DNA of 64,000 nucleotides from Verrucomicrobiota bacterium (GCA_039818205.1 JBCBUK010000001.1:384001-448000), one strand, 5' to 3'. Counted from the first letter of the stretch, positions 13,701 through 28,700 are shown. Notes: generated by a model from the letters alone, not told the origin. Made by a program: numbers and translations.

Positions 13701-16700
13701 TAGTCCGCAGACCAAGTCTGAGTGGCCCCTTGGCCTGTCTTGTTCAGCTCTGGATTTCCGTCGACACCGACCTCGCGAATCGTGCCAGTGACACCGTTAG
13801 GATTGTTGAAAGTCTGGCCCGAACCGAGCTTGAACCATCCAGTTTGATCGATGCCCACATCGAAGGTCTTGAACTGGCGACCAACAGGCACCTTCTCCGT
13901 TCCGATCTCTTTAAGATAGGTCGTTTCAAACGGAATATAGACAACTTCGGTTATGGTTGGATTGTTTGGATCCAGGATGCGGCGTTCACCAACTGGCACC
14001 GAAACGATCGTGTCGCGACGAACCAGATATGGATCGGCAATCTGCTTTTCACCACCAACCGAAGATGCAGCTTCGACGCGGACGTCGGTTGCGGCGCGGA
14101 TGACCACGCTGTCCAGGTTCGCGGCGATTCCTTTTCCTTCAGCGGTGATGATGGCGGCTCCAAGGATCAGCGCATCACCATCGGCGTCGCTCGCAAATTC
14201 GCTCGGTCCACTGAGCTCGCCGGCGAGAATCTCCACGGTATTTTCTGCGGCAACAACACCAGAGATCTGAACCGTATCATTCGCATGCAGGCGGATGTGG
14301 CTGCTAGAACCGCGACCTTCGATCGTTCCCGAGATGACCAGGTCTTTGGCATCGATGTTCAAGCGCGATTGCGCCGCGACTAATGCGCGTCCGGTCACTT
14401 CCGGATTCTCGAAAATCGAGACTATTCCAGCGGCGTCGATATCAACCTCACCAGTCGGGCCGCGGGCGATAACCACACCGCTTTCCCAGGCAATCATGTC
14501 TTTGACATCGATATCAACGAGACGATTTGCGTTGATAAGACCCGTAACGATCAAATCGCCGGTCGCCACGTTGCTTTCGTCACGCGTATCGATGGTAATC
14601 GTTGGGACGTCGACGGCGGCCGTAAACACTCCCGGTGAAACTTCCTGCGAGAAAACGCGACCGACCATACCGGCGATCTCGATATCCTGCTTGGTCTTCA
14701 GGGTGATGCTACCCGTATCCGAGGCATCGATCAATCCACCGGCTCGGTAGATACGCTCACCCGCAGCATCGAGGATGAAGTTTCCGCTGCTATCGGTTTC
14801 GAATTGAACAGCACCCAGACGAATCGAGAATCCGCTGGCGTCGTTACCACCGGCAATCAGGAGTTCGTCGTCAGAGAAGAGCGAAGTATTGACTTCCACT
14901 TGCCCACCGTCGGTGCCGAAAGCGACGCCCGAGGCGTCGACCTTCAAGTCGGAATCATCTCCCTCGGCGAATAGGTTGCCAGAAAGGTCAATGCCTGAGC
15001 TCGTCGCGATGTCGATCTCGAAGAAAGTATCACCGTTGGCAAACTCGCGGTTACCGGTCGTGCGGAAGAACGAACCCTCTCGCAGGACAAGACCCGTTGC
15101 CACTGAATCATCAAGCGTGCGGACCTTTACCTGGCCAACCGCCTGCGCCGAACCCGTGATCAATTCGTCGAATCCATCTTGGTTCACCCCGATGCCACCA
15201 ACGGTGATCAACTGATCCGCTTCGAGTGTGATCGTCGCGGTATCGGCCGTAGTCGGCGTCTTGTCCAAATCTCCGGCTTTCAGAGCGCCCAATAGGCTTA
15301 GGTGGGTGCCCGCATCAACGATGAGTTGGGAGTCGTTGGCGGTCGTGATGATCTCGTTTGCAGCGAGAATCTGGATAATTCCCGTGAAGTCGAGGGAGAT
15401 GAGATCTGTTGCAAGCAGCTTGCCTCCAACCTGGCGGCGTTGGCTCGTCCCCGGAATCAACTCGATGCCGCCCAGGACTAGATCGTCACCCGAGATGGTC
15501 AGCTCGTGATCGTGGTTGGCGAGACTTCCATCACCATTCACGTCAAACCCAGCCTCAACGATGCTCCGCATCGAAACATCTGCACCCGACATGTTAATTG
15601 AGCCTTCGGCACGAATTGAGGCATCAACAGTCAACTGGTCGGCCGCGTGGATTTCGATCGCGTGATCTTGGATCTCTCCGGAAATCAGAGTCAGGTCGGC
15701 GTCACTCTCGATCACTCCGTTGATTACGATATCCTGACCCGCGAGCGCGATCGTCCCGGTTGCGATGATGCGTCCCGAGGCCGATCCAATTTCAAGTGTG
15801 CCATCGACCGATTCAAGGTCGATATGCTGATCGGCACCCGGTGCCTCGACGGTGTTATCGATGAAGACGTCGTTGCGGCCCTTGATGATGATCGACCCAT
15901 CCGATGGATTGCCCGAGGAGTCATCGCTCAGGGTCAAGGAGCCAATGTCTTGCAACCAAAGACTACGTTCTCCTGCAGTGAGCGGTGTCGTATTCACGAG
16001 CAGGCCGTTTTCATCGAACTCGACTCCCGCCGTGATGACGATGTCTCCATTAGCGGAAATGATGCCACCGACAATGAGCGAGCGGTTTGAGTGAATCTTG
16101 ACGGAGCGATCGTCACCACCAGCGATCAAGTCGCCGAGCACGTAACCGTTTTGACCCGCATCAAGTATGATGTCGCCGTCGATCGTGCGGAGGCCACCTG
16201 AAACATCGATCTCGATGTCTCGACCTTGCTCAGTATCGATGCCCGAAAGTAGGCCAATCTCAGTGTAAGATTCAATGTTGCCCCCAACGAATAGCTTACC
16301 GCCAGTGCTCAATTGCGCGGTCATGCTACCCGTTGCAAAGCCAAGCTGGCTAGCGCCGGATCCTGGGGTCACCGAAAACTCATTTAAACTGGTGATCAAC
16401 AAACGCTCGTTGCTGACTTGGACTCGGAATGCATCGGCTCCAAATTCGGCATCGAGAACCGCCTGCAAGTCGTCGACGAGATTCCAGATATTTCCATTGT
16501 TGGCAGTCGCCTCGCGGGTTAGCACAACATCAGCGTCGACCATCGAACCGTTAGCCATCAACATGACCGAAAGGTGAACATCGGCGGTCAAGCGGCCGTC
16601 AGGGCTGCTAATCAATCCGGTTGGAGCAACCTCGTATTTCGGTGCCGAATCAAGCGTGACAGAAGAGTTCGCCTTAATCGCGCTAATCGCAGCGGGTGCA

Positions 16701-19700
16701 TCGACTGCTGCTTGCGCTGTGGCTGCGTTGGCTTCCAGGCCAAGAATATCAGCGTTGGCGCCACCTTGGATGGTGAAGTCCGCCCCACCGGTCGTGAAGA
16801 CGATCTTGCCGTTGCGCAAGCCCACATCCAAGCGAGACCCAGTAACCGAATCTACCATGCCTGGAACCGCATCGATCGCGTTTTGCAGATCTTGAACCAG
16901 ATCCGCGAAGAGGATGTTGGTGGCGGTGTCTGCCTTTGCCAAGGTAACCGTTTCAGTTACCGTCGTGGAACCCTGATTAAGCGAAAAGGTGAAGGTTACG
17001 TCCTCAGCAATTTGACCATCGCTGTGATCAGGGAAGCCCGCTGGCTCAACGATCTTCTGGTATGGACGGCCAAAGACGTCCACGCGCTTGGTACCAGCGA
17101 TTTCGATATGGCTGTTAGAAGATAGCGTGCGAACTTCGGCGGAACCAAAGATCAGGACACTTTTACCGCTATTGGGATCGCCTGGTGTGAAGGGATCGTC
17201 TCCACCGAGCACGCGAATCGATTTACCGGCGACCAGTGACAGACCAATCTCGACCTGACTGCTAGAGGTGATGTCGATCGAGGTGAGCGACTCAGCACCA
17301 TAAACGGTTTCGTCAAAGACCCGAACCTCACGGCCAAGGATACGGCCGGTGTCGATGTCAGAGACGACTTCGAACTCACCACCGGCAACAATGGCGCCGA
17401 GAAGTGACGCGTCGCCGACCGCAGCGATGTTGATTTCTGAATCACGGTCGGTGGTCGCAATTTCAGAAGAACCATAAACCTGAACGCTGATGCCCGAGGC
17501 ATCCGTTCCACCGGAGATATCGATGAGGCGGCTAGCAAAGACGCGCCCCGCAGCAATCACTTGATTACCAGCTAGGTTAGTTACTTCACCGCCGATACTC
17601 ACTTGTTCTTGAGCGGCAACACGAACCTCACCGTCCAGACCCGAGGCTTCAAGCAACCCGAGCGAACGCATGCGACCCGCGGACTGAACATCGACCAAGC
17701 CCGTCCCGGTGTCACCGACTGACCGGAGTCCACCAATGCTGGTGATATCTACGCCAATGCCATCGGCATCGTCACCCGAACGGATAATCACTTGGTCGTT
17801 GGCCTCGACCGAAGAATCGATAAGCACTCGATTGGTTGCACCGATCTTGATGTCCGCACCAAGGTCGGTGGTGCGCACACTGCCAATGATATCGACGCGG
17901 CCATCACCAAAGATCGAAATCTGTTCCTCGACAACCTCACTATCAACCGTGACGTAAGGATCAGTCGCGCTATCCGCATCCACATCAGTTGGCGTTTCAC
18001 CCGGGCCGAAGACTGTCTGGCCGGAGATCAGGCGAGCCGTGTCACCAATGACAACCGAGCGACCTTCGTCGTCCTGACCAGAGGCGCGGACAACGATTTG
18101 GTCCCGCGAGATCATAAAGCCGTCGAGCAAGGCTGCGCCGGTAGATTTAGCAATGATGTCCGAGTTGACGCCAGCAGCGGTAACGTTACCGAGAACTACT
18201 AGATCGTCTACCGAGAGCAGTTCGATCGAACTGTTCTCAGCAAGGGAGTAAAGGGTGCCACCGATAAAGAGTGCGACACCATCAGTGCTTGCGTCCGCGG
18301 TGATGTCCATATCGCGGCTAGTCGTAATTGCACCGGGGATGTCAACGTCTTGTGCCGAGTAGACTCGGGCGTCGCCCCGAGCACCAATTTCATTATAGGT
18401 GCGCTCGAAAACGATCTCTCCGTCAGCGTTGGTCGTCTGCGTCTCGATGATTTCAACACCGGCGATAACCGCTCCACCGATGAAGACGTAATTGGTACCC
18501 TCTATGTCGATCAGAGAATCCGCTCCACGAGCTTCGAAACGGCCGCTTTCGACCATCTTAAAATCACCCGGCGTGTAGGCCTTGATCAAAGCACCATCAC
18601 CATAGGTCTGAACGAAATCCGCGATCTCGATTCGATCCACCCCAAAGATATTCACTTGCGCGTTGTCGGCGCGGTAGGAAATCACATTGGCATTGACCTG
18701 GACAAAAACCGAATGGGTCGATTCATCATCACCACCGTCAATGGTGATCGAGTCGTCCGCATAGATACGGCTTGGCGCATTACCGTTACCGATCTCCACG
18801 AACTCATCAAACTCGATGGTAACATCAGCACCCTGCCCGACCGCGACAACTTCACCGTGGATAATCGCGTTGTCACTACCTGCGTTCTGACCAGTGACAC
18901 GGACCGCTCCGTCCATCGCGAGTAAGGTACCCGCTGTTCCGAGAACAAATGATTCATCGGTTGGGTCGCTACCCGCAGTAACGTCTACGCCACCAGCTGA
19001 GAACAATTTACCCTCGACCAATACCGCTTGCTGCGAGTCGATCAGAATACCTGAATTGCTTCCAGTAATCGCGATCACACCGTCGATGATGGCATCCTCG
19101 GGAGTTTGGATAACGAGGTCACTATTGTCACCCTTCTGCACGATGAGGCCGCTCGTCTCGAGTACGAAAGAGTCTCCCGAGACATCGGTTCCAGAGGAAA
19201 CCTCTACGGTGTCCGCAGCAGCAACAAAACCGCCAATGATCAGTCGATTGCCCGTATCGATGGTTACGTTGGTCTCATTGCCCAACAGAGTGTAGTCACG
19301 ATATTCATATTCAGCGGTGTCGGTGTCGCGCAGGACACTCGCTGCTGGAAGGACAAACTTACTGACGGCGCCATCCTGAACACCCGCATCAATGCGACCC
19401 CGGATCTCTGCGCGTTCGCCAGCCGAAACCGCGATGCTGGTGAGTGCGCTATCGAGGCGCGAACCAAAGTGCTGGATCGCACTGGTTTCTTGAAAGAAAT
19501 CTGCGTCGGCATGCAAGACGATCGTGGAATCATCACCATAAACATTGATGAAGCCCGAAACGCGGAAGTCATCAACGGACTGCATGTCGATGAAGGAGTC
19601 GTTGAAGACCATCTGATCAGCATCCACCCCAAAGCGGGTGTCAGCTGCGTCTGCCGCAGTCAACGCGTGGGCTGGATTCGATGTATCGCGAGTCCATGCT

Positions 19701-22700
19701 CCAACCTTAACTATGCCTGAGACAATAAGGCTGACATCTTCTTGACCCGAACCGGCATCAACTTGAACCGAGTTCGACGCGTAAAGATTGCCGCGGATCT
19801 CTGCCATATCCTCCGCGTTGATGACGATGTCGTGCGCCGTAATGCTTGAGCCCGTTGGCGGCACCGGAGCGTGAAGCGACTCGATATCGACCAGCATCTC
19901 GCGAGAATGGAAAGTGACATCGTTTCCAAAGTCGCGCACCTGATCTTCATAAAATTCGACCTCACCTTGAATAGTGATGGTGTCGGCGATGAATTCAGCG
20001 TCGTCGCGGAACTCGGCGTGACCAAAGTAGAAATCGTTGGCGATGCGGTTTCCGTTGCTGTCGAAGCGGCTGAAGTGAAGCTTAGCAAATCCATCCTTGA
20101 GCGCCGCTAAGTCTGTCGTATCGAGATCCAAGGATTGGGATAGATCGATCGAACCACCTGAGTAGCCGCCAGCAAACTCATCGAGTCCAGTGAAATCCTC
20201 CGCGGCCGTACCAAAGGTGTATTGGTAGGCTTCCGTCGTGGAGCGAACGTAAAGGTTGCCCGTTGCGATTATGGTGTTGGCACCGGCATTGAACTCCATG
20301 TCATCGGCCATCAGTGCGATGTCCTTGTTAGGGGCATCGGCCCGCAAGGTGCCCGACTGGAGTGTCAAGAGCGATTCAGCATCGATCAGGTCAATGTCAA
20401 CGTGACCGAAGGAGGAAACGATACCCGTCGGATTATTCACACCGTCCAGGGTAAGGTCCTTGGCAACAATTGTCAGGTCGTCGGTTTCCTCAACCCAGAT
20501 GTCGGCCCAATCGCTACCGCCTGCTTGATCAAGATCGGCGGTAGTCGAAAGCGTAATCGTGCGGACAGTCGAAACGATTTTGTCGGTGAAGCCCATTGCG
20601 CTAAGTGCGAGATAACTGTTGGCTGCACGGAAAGTTGCCGCGTCGAGGTCAAGCGTGCCAAGTGGCACTTTGATCTCGATGTATCCGCTGCCCTGCTGAT
20701 CATCATTAACGCCACTGGAAACACTCAAACGATTATTGAGATCGGCGACCGCATTGGCCCCTTCGAGGATAATATCAATAAAGCCATTACTGGTGGCATT
20801 GAAGACATCGTAGACTGCCAAGTCGCCTTGCTCGATACGCCAGATCGAATTGCGATAATCAATTCTGCGGGTGGTCGTCATGCTGCCAGCCATCACGTGG
20901 AAAAGACCCGATCCAGCCACGGTTGCATCCAAAGCAACGTGTGTTGCGACATCCCACTCAATGTCAGCTGAGACGATCGCACCAAAGATCTCGACGGCAT
21001 TGGCAACAATATCCCATAGCGAGGTCGAGTTGAAATCACCGTCAACCACGGCAGTCGTGGTGATGTCCCAATCCACATCAACCGTATTCGCCGTTCCTGA
21101 GAGGTTGAGTGAATTCGCATCAACATCCCAGAATTTCGAGGAGTTGAATGTGCCGTCCATTGTGACGCTATCCACCAGGTTCCAAATCGCATCACGCGTC
21201 TGAATAGTCCCGGAAGTAACGAGAGTTGTCGCGTTAATCTCCCAGAGATTGTTCGAGGTAAAGTCACCAGTAAGCAGAACGTTTTCAGCGATGTTCCAAG
21301 TCACATCGTCGGCATTCATGCTGCCATTGAAAACCAACGATACCGAATCCGCAGTAAAAGTGGTGGCCTCAACCCGACCGTCGATCGATATACCGTCGAG
21401 AACGTTGAAATCAATTGTTGGCGCTTTGACCAGCGGTGCGTCGATGTCGATGAACTCGGCGTTGACAATAATCGAGGAAAGCGCTTCTAAACTGGCGTCC
21501 GCATCGAGCGTTTCCAGCACATCGACGAAGATGTTGTTCGCCTTGATATGGCTCAGCGTATTGACAGTGTCCGCGATAAAGCGGATGTCGATGTCACCAA
21601 GATCGGAAATTCCATTGTTAGTCGATCCAGTCGTGACGCGAACATCTCCACCGAAGTCAACGACATCTCCGATAAAGTCACGTCCATTAAACTGGGCGCC
21701 TTTACCAATCATTGTCTGGCGCTCGATGTCACCGGAGAAGTTCAAAACTTCGCGGCCGTTGCGGATCTGATAGCGATTCAACTCAACGGCAGCCAAAGCA
21801 TATTTCTGCTCAGCAATAACTTCATCGAAACCGCCAGTGGTATCGAAAATGTTGACGGTGCCAATGGCCTTCGGGCTCTGAGCAAGTCCGAGCAGAGCGC
21901 GATATTGATCGTTACCTCCCGAGTCGGTGAAGTTAAGGACATCCTCGCGGAATTCATTAATCAGGACAAGGTCATCACCGGTTCCAAGAACAACGTCGTC
22001 AACATCCGCCCGTTGGGCTCTGATCTCACTGCCATCGGAAGCGAGAACCGTTACTCCGGAGCGAGAGACGGTGACAGTCAAGTCATCCGATACCTCGCCA
22101 AAATCGAGGGTCACGATGCCATCGCGGTCGGTGAAGCGATCACGGTCAAATCCGTCGTCGAAGTAGTAGGTGTCATTGCCTTCTTCACCGCGGAGATCAT
22201 CGACTCCTAGACCCCCATGGATTTCGTCGTCGCCAAGGCCAGCAATAATCCGGTCCTCACCAGCATCACCAAAGAGCAAGTCGCCCGCCGAACCACCGAA
22301 GATCTGGTCATCGCCAAGGCCGCCATGAATTTCAACTGCTGCGGTTGCCGCCTGAGCGTCGATGATGTCGTCGCCTTCACCACCGTCGGCGCTTCCACCA
22401 GCCTCACCAAGAAAGATTCGATCGCGGCCTCGGGATCCAGCGACTTCGACAGTAACATCGCGCAGTCGTGAGGCATCAAATGTGTCGTCGCCTTCGCCAA
22501 GATCTACGACGATGTGCTCGACTTCGCCCTTATCGAAAATCTGTACCCAGTCGTTGAAAATGACGTAAACACGATTGCTGTCACCAAATACCTCGAAGTT
22601 TTCACCGCCATCGATCGTGTCAAAGTACTCACGTTTTGAGGCATCGGGACCGGCATTAATGTGGAGGGTCTTGCCTTCCAGACGGCCCAAAGTCGGCTGA

Positions 22701-25700
22701 GGGAAGGCTGCCTTATACTCAAACTCGAAGAGAGTCGCATCCACCAACGTAATGTTGATGATTCGCTTCATGATCTTTCCCACGAATGGGATCTTGATTC
22801 CGACGTCCACGAACGCGCGGATCTTGAGGCTCAAATCACCATCAACATTGATCAAGTTTGCGAGCCCACGGTTCTCAAACTCAAAGAGCGTCTTAATCTC
22901 GGATCCGCGGATCTTGCCGTCGCTCTCAAAATCCTGACCATAAACGACGCCATCGAAGGTAAACATTGTATCGATGCGGCCGATAAGATCGTCGTAGTTG
23001 GCGGCACGATTACCGTCCTCATCAATCAGCTCATAAAGCGTTGGAATCGCAACGTCCTGGAGGTCCAGGTCGACGTTTAATTCGAGTAGACCTTCCAAGC
23101 CCGCCTCGACAACGACAATGTTGATTGCTGCAGCCAAACCGATGTGAGCACCAAAGCTCAGTTCCGGTTTTTCTTCAGTGAAGTTTGAGGCCACCGACTT
23201 ATCGGCAACGAAGAAACCATCGAATACCTTGCTTGCGTCACCGGTCTCAATGGCCTTGCGAATGCCAAAGGTATCGTAGCCGAATGCCAGGTCCGCGGTA
23301 GCATTGAATCCGCCAAAGGCGTCGATGTTGAAGATGACCGGGCCAAGCGGGAACGTGACGAGCGTTTGACGGAAATCAAAACCAACCGAGAGTAGCGGAA
23401 GCTCGTAGGTAAACAGAGTCGCATCCCCACCAGTGAGCAACTGAGTCCAGTTGCCAATATCCCAGATGTAGTCGAAGCGGAAACCAGAGCGGGCCTCGCT
23501 ACCGGTTGTAACGCTGCCAGAGCGCTCCGTGTTCGGGCGCGAATTATTGAGCGCCTTGATCTCCTCAAAGCTTGCGAGGCTGACGTCCATGTCGGCCTGC
23601 GTGGCTTGAACATTTCGCGTTCCAAGGCCTGCGATGTTCCCCAAAAGGATCTCACCATCGACACTCAAGAGCCCATTGATCTGATCGACGAGGTTAAGGA
23701 AGTTCTGAACCTCGTAGACGAAGCTAAAGTCAACCGGCTTCTTGCCCTTAAGTTTCAGAGCAAGATTGATCAGGCCAATCAGATTAGGCTCATCCAAAAT
23801 CTTATCCAGACCGGCAATACGCGCCGTTAACGTATCAACGACCGGTCGGAACGGATCCAAAACATCATTGATCTCGTCAACAATCGGCTTGAGGAATTTC
23901 GAAACAAACGAACCGACATCAATACGAAGATTTTGCAGTCCAATATTTGGCGTGCTCGCGCCATTGGCGAGATCCCATGCCCAATCGACGACAAAGTCAG
24001 CCTTCAAGGTGGGAAGACCACTCGCACCTGCGATTGCCAATTCGATGCCAAGGTTCAGATTTGCATCGAGTCCAAAATCGATATCGAATGTGTCGCTGAC
24101 ACGGCGGCTAAAGAGCTCATCGATTGTCAGGCGGCGGTCGTCGACCTCGTCGGAATCGTTCGGGTTACCTCCGAGAATATCAATGCTGAGTCCGCCTCGT
24201 AATCCGCCCGCTTGGAAACCTGCCCGGTCTGGATTGCTATCTTGATCTTCAACCGTCGCTTGGAAGAAGAGCAGCTGACCGGTTCCGGTAAAGCGAGTAT
24301 TGATGCTTGGGTCCAGGGGCTTGCCATCGAGGAACACATCAACGCCGACCTCAAGTTCCGCCTGGGTTGGATCGACACCGAGGTAGAAACCGTCCTTAAG
24401 CGAAAGACCGAAATTGAAGTCGAACATCCAATCGAGTTCGAAGGCAAAGCCGCCATCGATGTCCAAGCTAAGACCGGGCAGATCGAAGGCTAGCGGAATG
24501 TCGATACCCGTGCTGAAGAGCGTCGAACCAAGATTTAAATCAAACTCGATCGCATCCGCATTTTCTGGGATTTCGTCACCTTCTTCCCAGTCTTTGATCC
24601 GAACTGCATTCTCGTCGAACCAGATCGCGATAACGTCATCCTTGGTGACGCGGCTGTCACCATTGTTGTCGAGAATGATATCGAGGCCGGAGGTGCCAAA
24701 CAGGTCCCATAAGCTGTCGCGGATCACTTCGATAGCTTTTCCATTCCCGCTAAGCTTTTCGCGGAGGTCCGAAAGCAAACCATTACGGATGTCGGAAAGG
24801 AATGTCGCGGCCTTGGCCAGCTTGTCGCCAACCAGTGGAATATCCTGGGCGAGACTGGAACCAAAAATGTTTTCGAGACTACCCAGCGCAAGGTCAACGC
24901 CATCAAGAATCGAGGACGGGTCGTTGAGAATGCCCAACAACGAGAACTGTCCACCCTGTGCTTCAAAGATGCCCGAGAAGTCGATCGGCGTAAACTCAAG
25001 GAAGCTCGAAGCGCCACCGGCAACGCCAGATTGAAGTGAGTCAAATAGGCTTCCAATCGACTGATTGTCGAGCGTGCGGAAGCGCATCACGTTGTCCGAA
25101 CCCAACGGAACATCAAGACCAAAGACCGACAGGCTCACCGGCAACTGAATATCGAGCGCGCCCGTAAAGTCGAAGTCGAGTCCACCGCTGCCGTTGAGGC
25201 TGACAAGCGCTGAAGCAAATCCAGTCGAAAGAAGGCCGCTATTGACGTTCGCCGCCGCGACGGTGTCGGGGTTGCCATCCGAGTTGAGGACGACCAGTCC
25301 ATCGCGGACGCCGACATTCAGCTCACCAAAGCCAAATGCCAGTGTCAGGTCTTCGCCAAGGATACGGGCTCCAACTTCAACGTGGGTTCCCGCCAAGCCC
25401 CCCGAATTTGGGTCAAAGTTCGGATCGAACTCACGGAAGAAGATTTCTGGGCTCGTAGTATCCGAGAAATCGATGCCGATATCGAGAATCGCATCGACGA
25501 AGGCTTGGAACTCAACAACGGCTCCCGCGTCCAGGAAGTTGCTCAGGCCCTCGAAGAATGATGCATTCGATGAACCGACCAGTGTAGCCAGGGTTTCCGC
25601 ATCCAGGTTAAAAATGAAGGTATCCGAGAAAAGTGCTCCAATGTTAAAGTGAACGTCGAGCACTTCTCCGTTGAGCGCGAAACCAAACTTCTGCTCATGT

Positions 25701-28700
25701 AGCGGCTTGGTATTGTCGTCGTTGATTCCCAGCGCCTGCTCAATCTTGGCCTCAACATCCTGAATCGCTGCCACCGGATCGTTGGCCACTTCTTCCAACG
25801 CAGCCGAGAAATCGCTGATGAACGAGAAAACGTCTTCGAGCGATGTGTTCACGACCGGAATCTGGGTCGTGTAGAATGGCATATCAGCCAAGGTTTGATC
25901 CAAGAAATCAACACCGTCGCGAATCGCGCCAATGATTGTTGCGAAATCGAGATCCTTGAAGTTTAGCTCGGTTGGGAAGTTTGGCAGAACCACCTCTACC
26001 GTGCTAAAGTCCAGCAAATCGGGGATGGTAATCGATAGCTCTTCCTCGGCTGGGATATCGACTTGGAATGGGCCAGCTTCAAGTTCGAAGCCGCGCAGAA
26101 CCGCTGCCGCATCACCCGAGAAATCAAAATTGAAGCTATCGAATAGATCTCCATTGATCAGATCGAGGAACGTGAAGAGGCGATCGCCCTCAGTCTCAGA
26201 GTTCAGATCCCGATCCAGTGTAGCCGTTGCCGTCGCATTGAACGTAAGGTTAGAACCGGTTTCGGCACCGCCCGCTGCAATGCGAGCGAAGCCAAGAATG
26301 GCCTCTGCACCGAGTGCTTCCGACTCGGGTGTGCTTGGATCGTCGGCAATCTCAAAGTTCACATCGCCGGTCACCTCGACATTATCGATCATCAGCTCTG
26401 GTAGCCCTTGAGCCGAGAAATCGATGACCAAGTCAAAACCACCAGCAACCGTTGTATCCAGATTGACCGTGCCTTCTGGATTGATCTCAAGCGGACCAAG
26501 ATCGAAGTCAAATTCGAGCGGTAGATTATTGATCGGAGCCAGCGCGAGACCGAATGCAAATGGCATGCGGAACTGCTTGGTAACGGGATCAAACGAAACT
26601 GATAGACCGTCGGGAAGAATACCGGCACGGTTGATCGAATCAATCAACTCGTCGAGCGTGCGGATCTGCTCAATTGGGCGATGGACCGCAAAACTTAAGA
26701 GTGTGAGCGCGGCGTCTGCCGTGTAAGCGATTCGGATATTCTCACTATCGATAAACTCTTCGACCCGGAACTCGCCGATACCATCGAGCGTTATACGCTC
26801 GCCAGCCATCTCTTCGGTGAACGCACCACCAGCCGAGGTAAGGATATCGCTGCCTTCGGCCATCGAACCGTTTACCGCCGCAAAGAGGTCTACGCGTGGA
26901 CGATTGAAATCGATTTTCGAGAGAATCTGGTCGTCGAAGGCGGTCGCAAAGTCGAGGATATCGCCAAGCTCGACTCCGATGAATGGGATCTCGGTGGCAA
27001 AAAGATCCGCTTCGCGGAAGTCGCGGAGCCAGGCCAAAACGTCCTGGATCATGATGATACCATCAACAACACTGAAATTCGAGAAGTCGAGCAGCTCGTC
27101 GAAGTTTTCCGTGCTGAACTCGAGACCATCGAACAGATCGCCCTCAAGGTTGATGCGTGGTGTATTATCGCGGTTGAAATCGATACCGGGCAACGATCCG
27201 TAGATCGGCAAAGACACGTCGAGACGATTCTCGCCGGGCTGGAATCCGAGCTGACCATTGACCAGGCTAACCGATCCTCCCAAGGCCAAACCAACTTCGC
27301 CCTTGTCGGCACCTTCGCGGCCAATGCTTACTGCAAGTGGCCCGACTTCCGCGCCTAGCACAAAATCATCGGAGTCGATATTCGCCTGGAAGCCGAGATT
27401 GGTGAGATCGAAATCGAAATCTCCCGTTTCGGTGTTCAGATCAATGTCGAAAGCGACATTCCCAGTAACGTCGGCCAAGAAATTCGCATCTCCGGTGAAG
27501 CGGAAACCGATCGCCTCAATGTCCTGACTGAGGGCCAACTCCATCAGTGTCTGATAGGTAAAGTCTTTGTCGAAGGAGAGGCTGAAGCCCTCTTCGGTCA
27601 GGTTCCAAGTCAGGTAGTCGCCCGCTTCACCTTGGAGGCTCGGCAACCATTCTGCCTCTAGGTATTCGAGCAAACCGCCGATAGACGGTAAACCGTTCTC
27701 GTAGACTGGAGCAGCAAAAGTCTCACGGGCCGTACCGCTTGGATCCCGTCCGAGAACTGGGTCGACGTAGCGCTTGATGAAGTCGCCGACACTGAGAATT
27801 TCGGTAAGGCCAAGAATGTCGTCGAGCGAGGCATTAAACCCTGGCAGTTGGTTCGAAAGCGGGTGGTCAGAAATCTGCTGACCATTGTCGTCGAATCGTG
27901 GTTCAATCTGATCCTTTAGATCCAATACCTCGTCGGCTAGCTGGTCAACGTAACCGGCCACCAGCGCGGAGAGGCTCAAGCCCAGATTGTCGAGACCCAG
28001 TGCTGACAGACCGAAGAGATTCGGGTCGAGCAACGATAGCGATTCAAGTGTACTGTAGGTGACCTCTCCCAGGTCAGCCAAATCGAAGCGACTCAACAGG
28101 TTGTTGTCGATCAGGTCGGCCAGCGTTGCCGTTCCGCTATTGATCAGCTCCTGCGCGTCGATGATCAACTGATCCGCCAACTCAGCGGCAGTAGCCAGAC
28201 CCGCGGTGGTCAAATCGGAAAGTGCAACCTCCGCGTCAGCGAGCAGAGCGTTAGCATCAATAATGCCTTCGCCCACTAAGTCTTCGATCGTTGCAACGCC
28301 GTCCTCAACTAGGCTCAATACACGGGCCTCACCCAGCGTGACGAAGTTATCAATAACCAGCAATCCGGAATCGGCAAGCTGAGCGAATTCGGTCAGCGCG
28401 CTATCAAACAGATCCTGAATCACAACCGTGGCATCGGCAAGAATGTCCGTAGCTTCCAGGTAGCTTTGCGCAACCAAGCCGGAGGCAATAGCGGCGTTCT
28501 CGGATATTAGGTCCAGCAGTGCCGCAGCGCCCAGGTCCTTAAGATCGCCGACCGCGATCAATCCATTGGAGAACACTTCGCTAAAATCAGCTAGGCCAGA
28601 GGCTATCAACTCAGCGAGTAAGACGTTCCCGGAAGGATCTACCAAACCAGCGTCCGTGAGCTCGGCGTTGGTCGCTACACCGGCGCTAACAATGTCGGTC

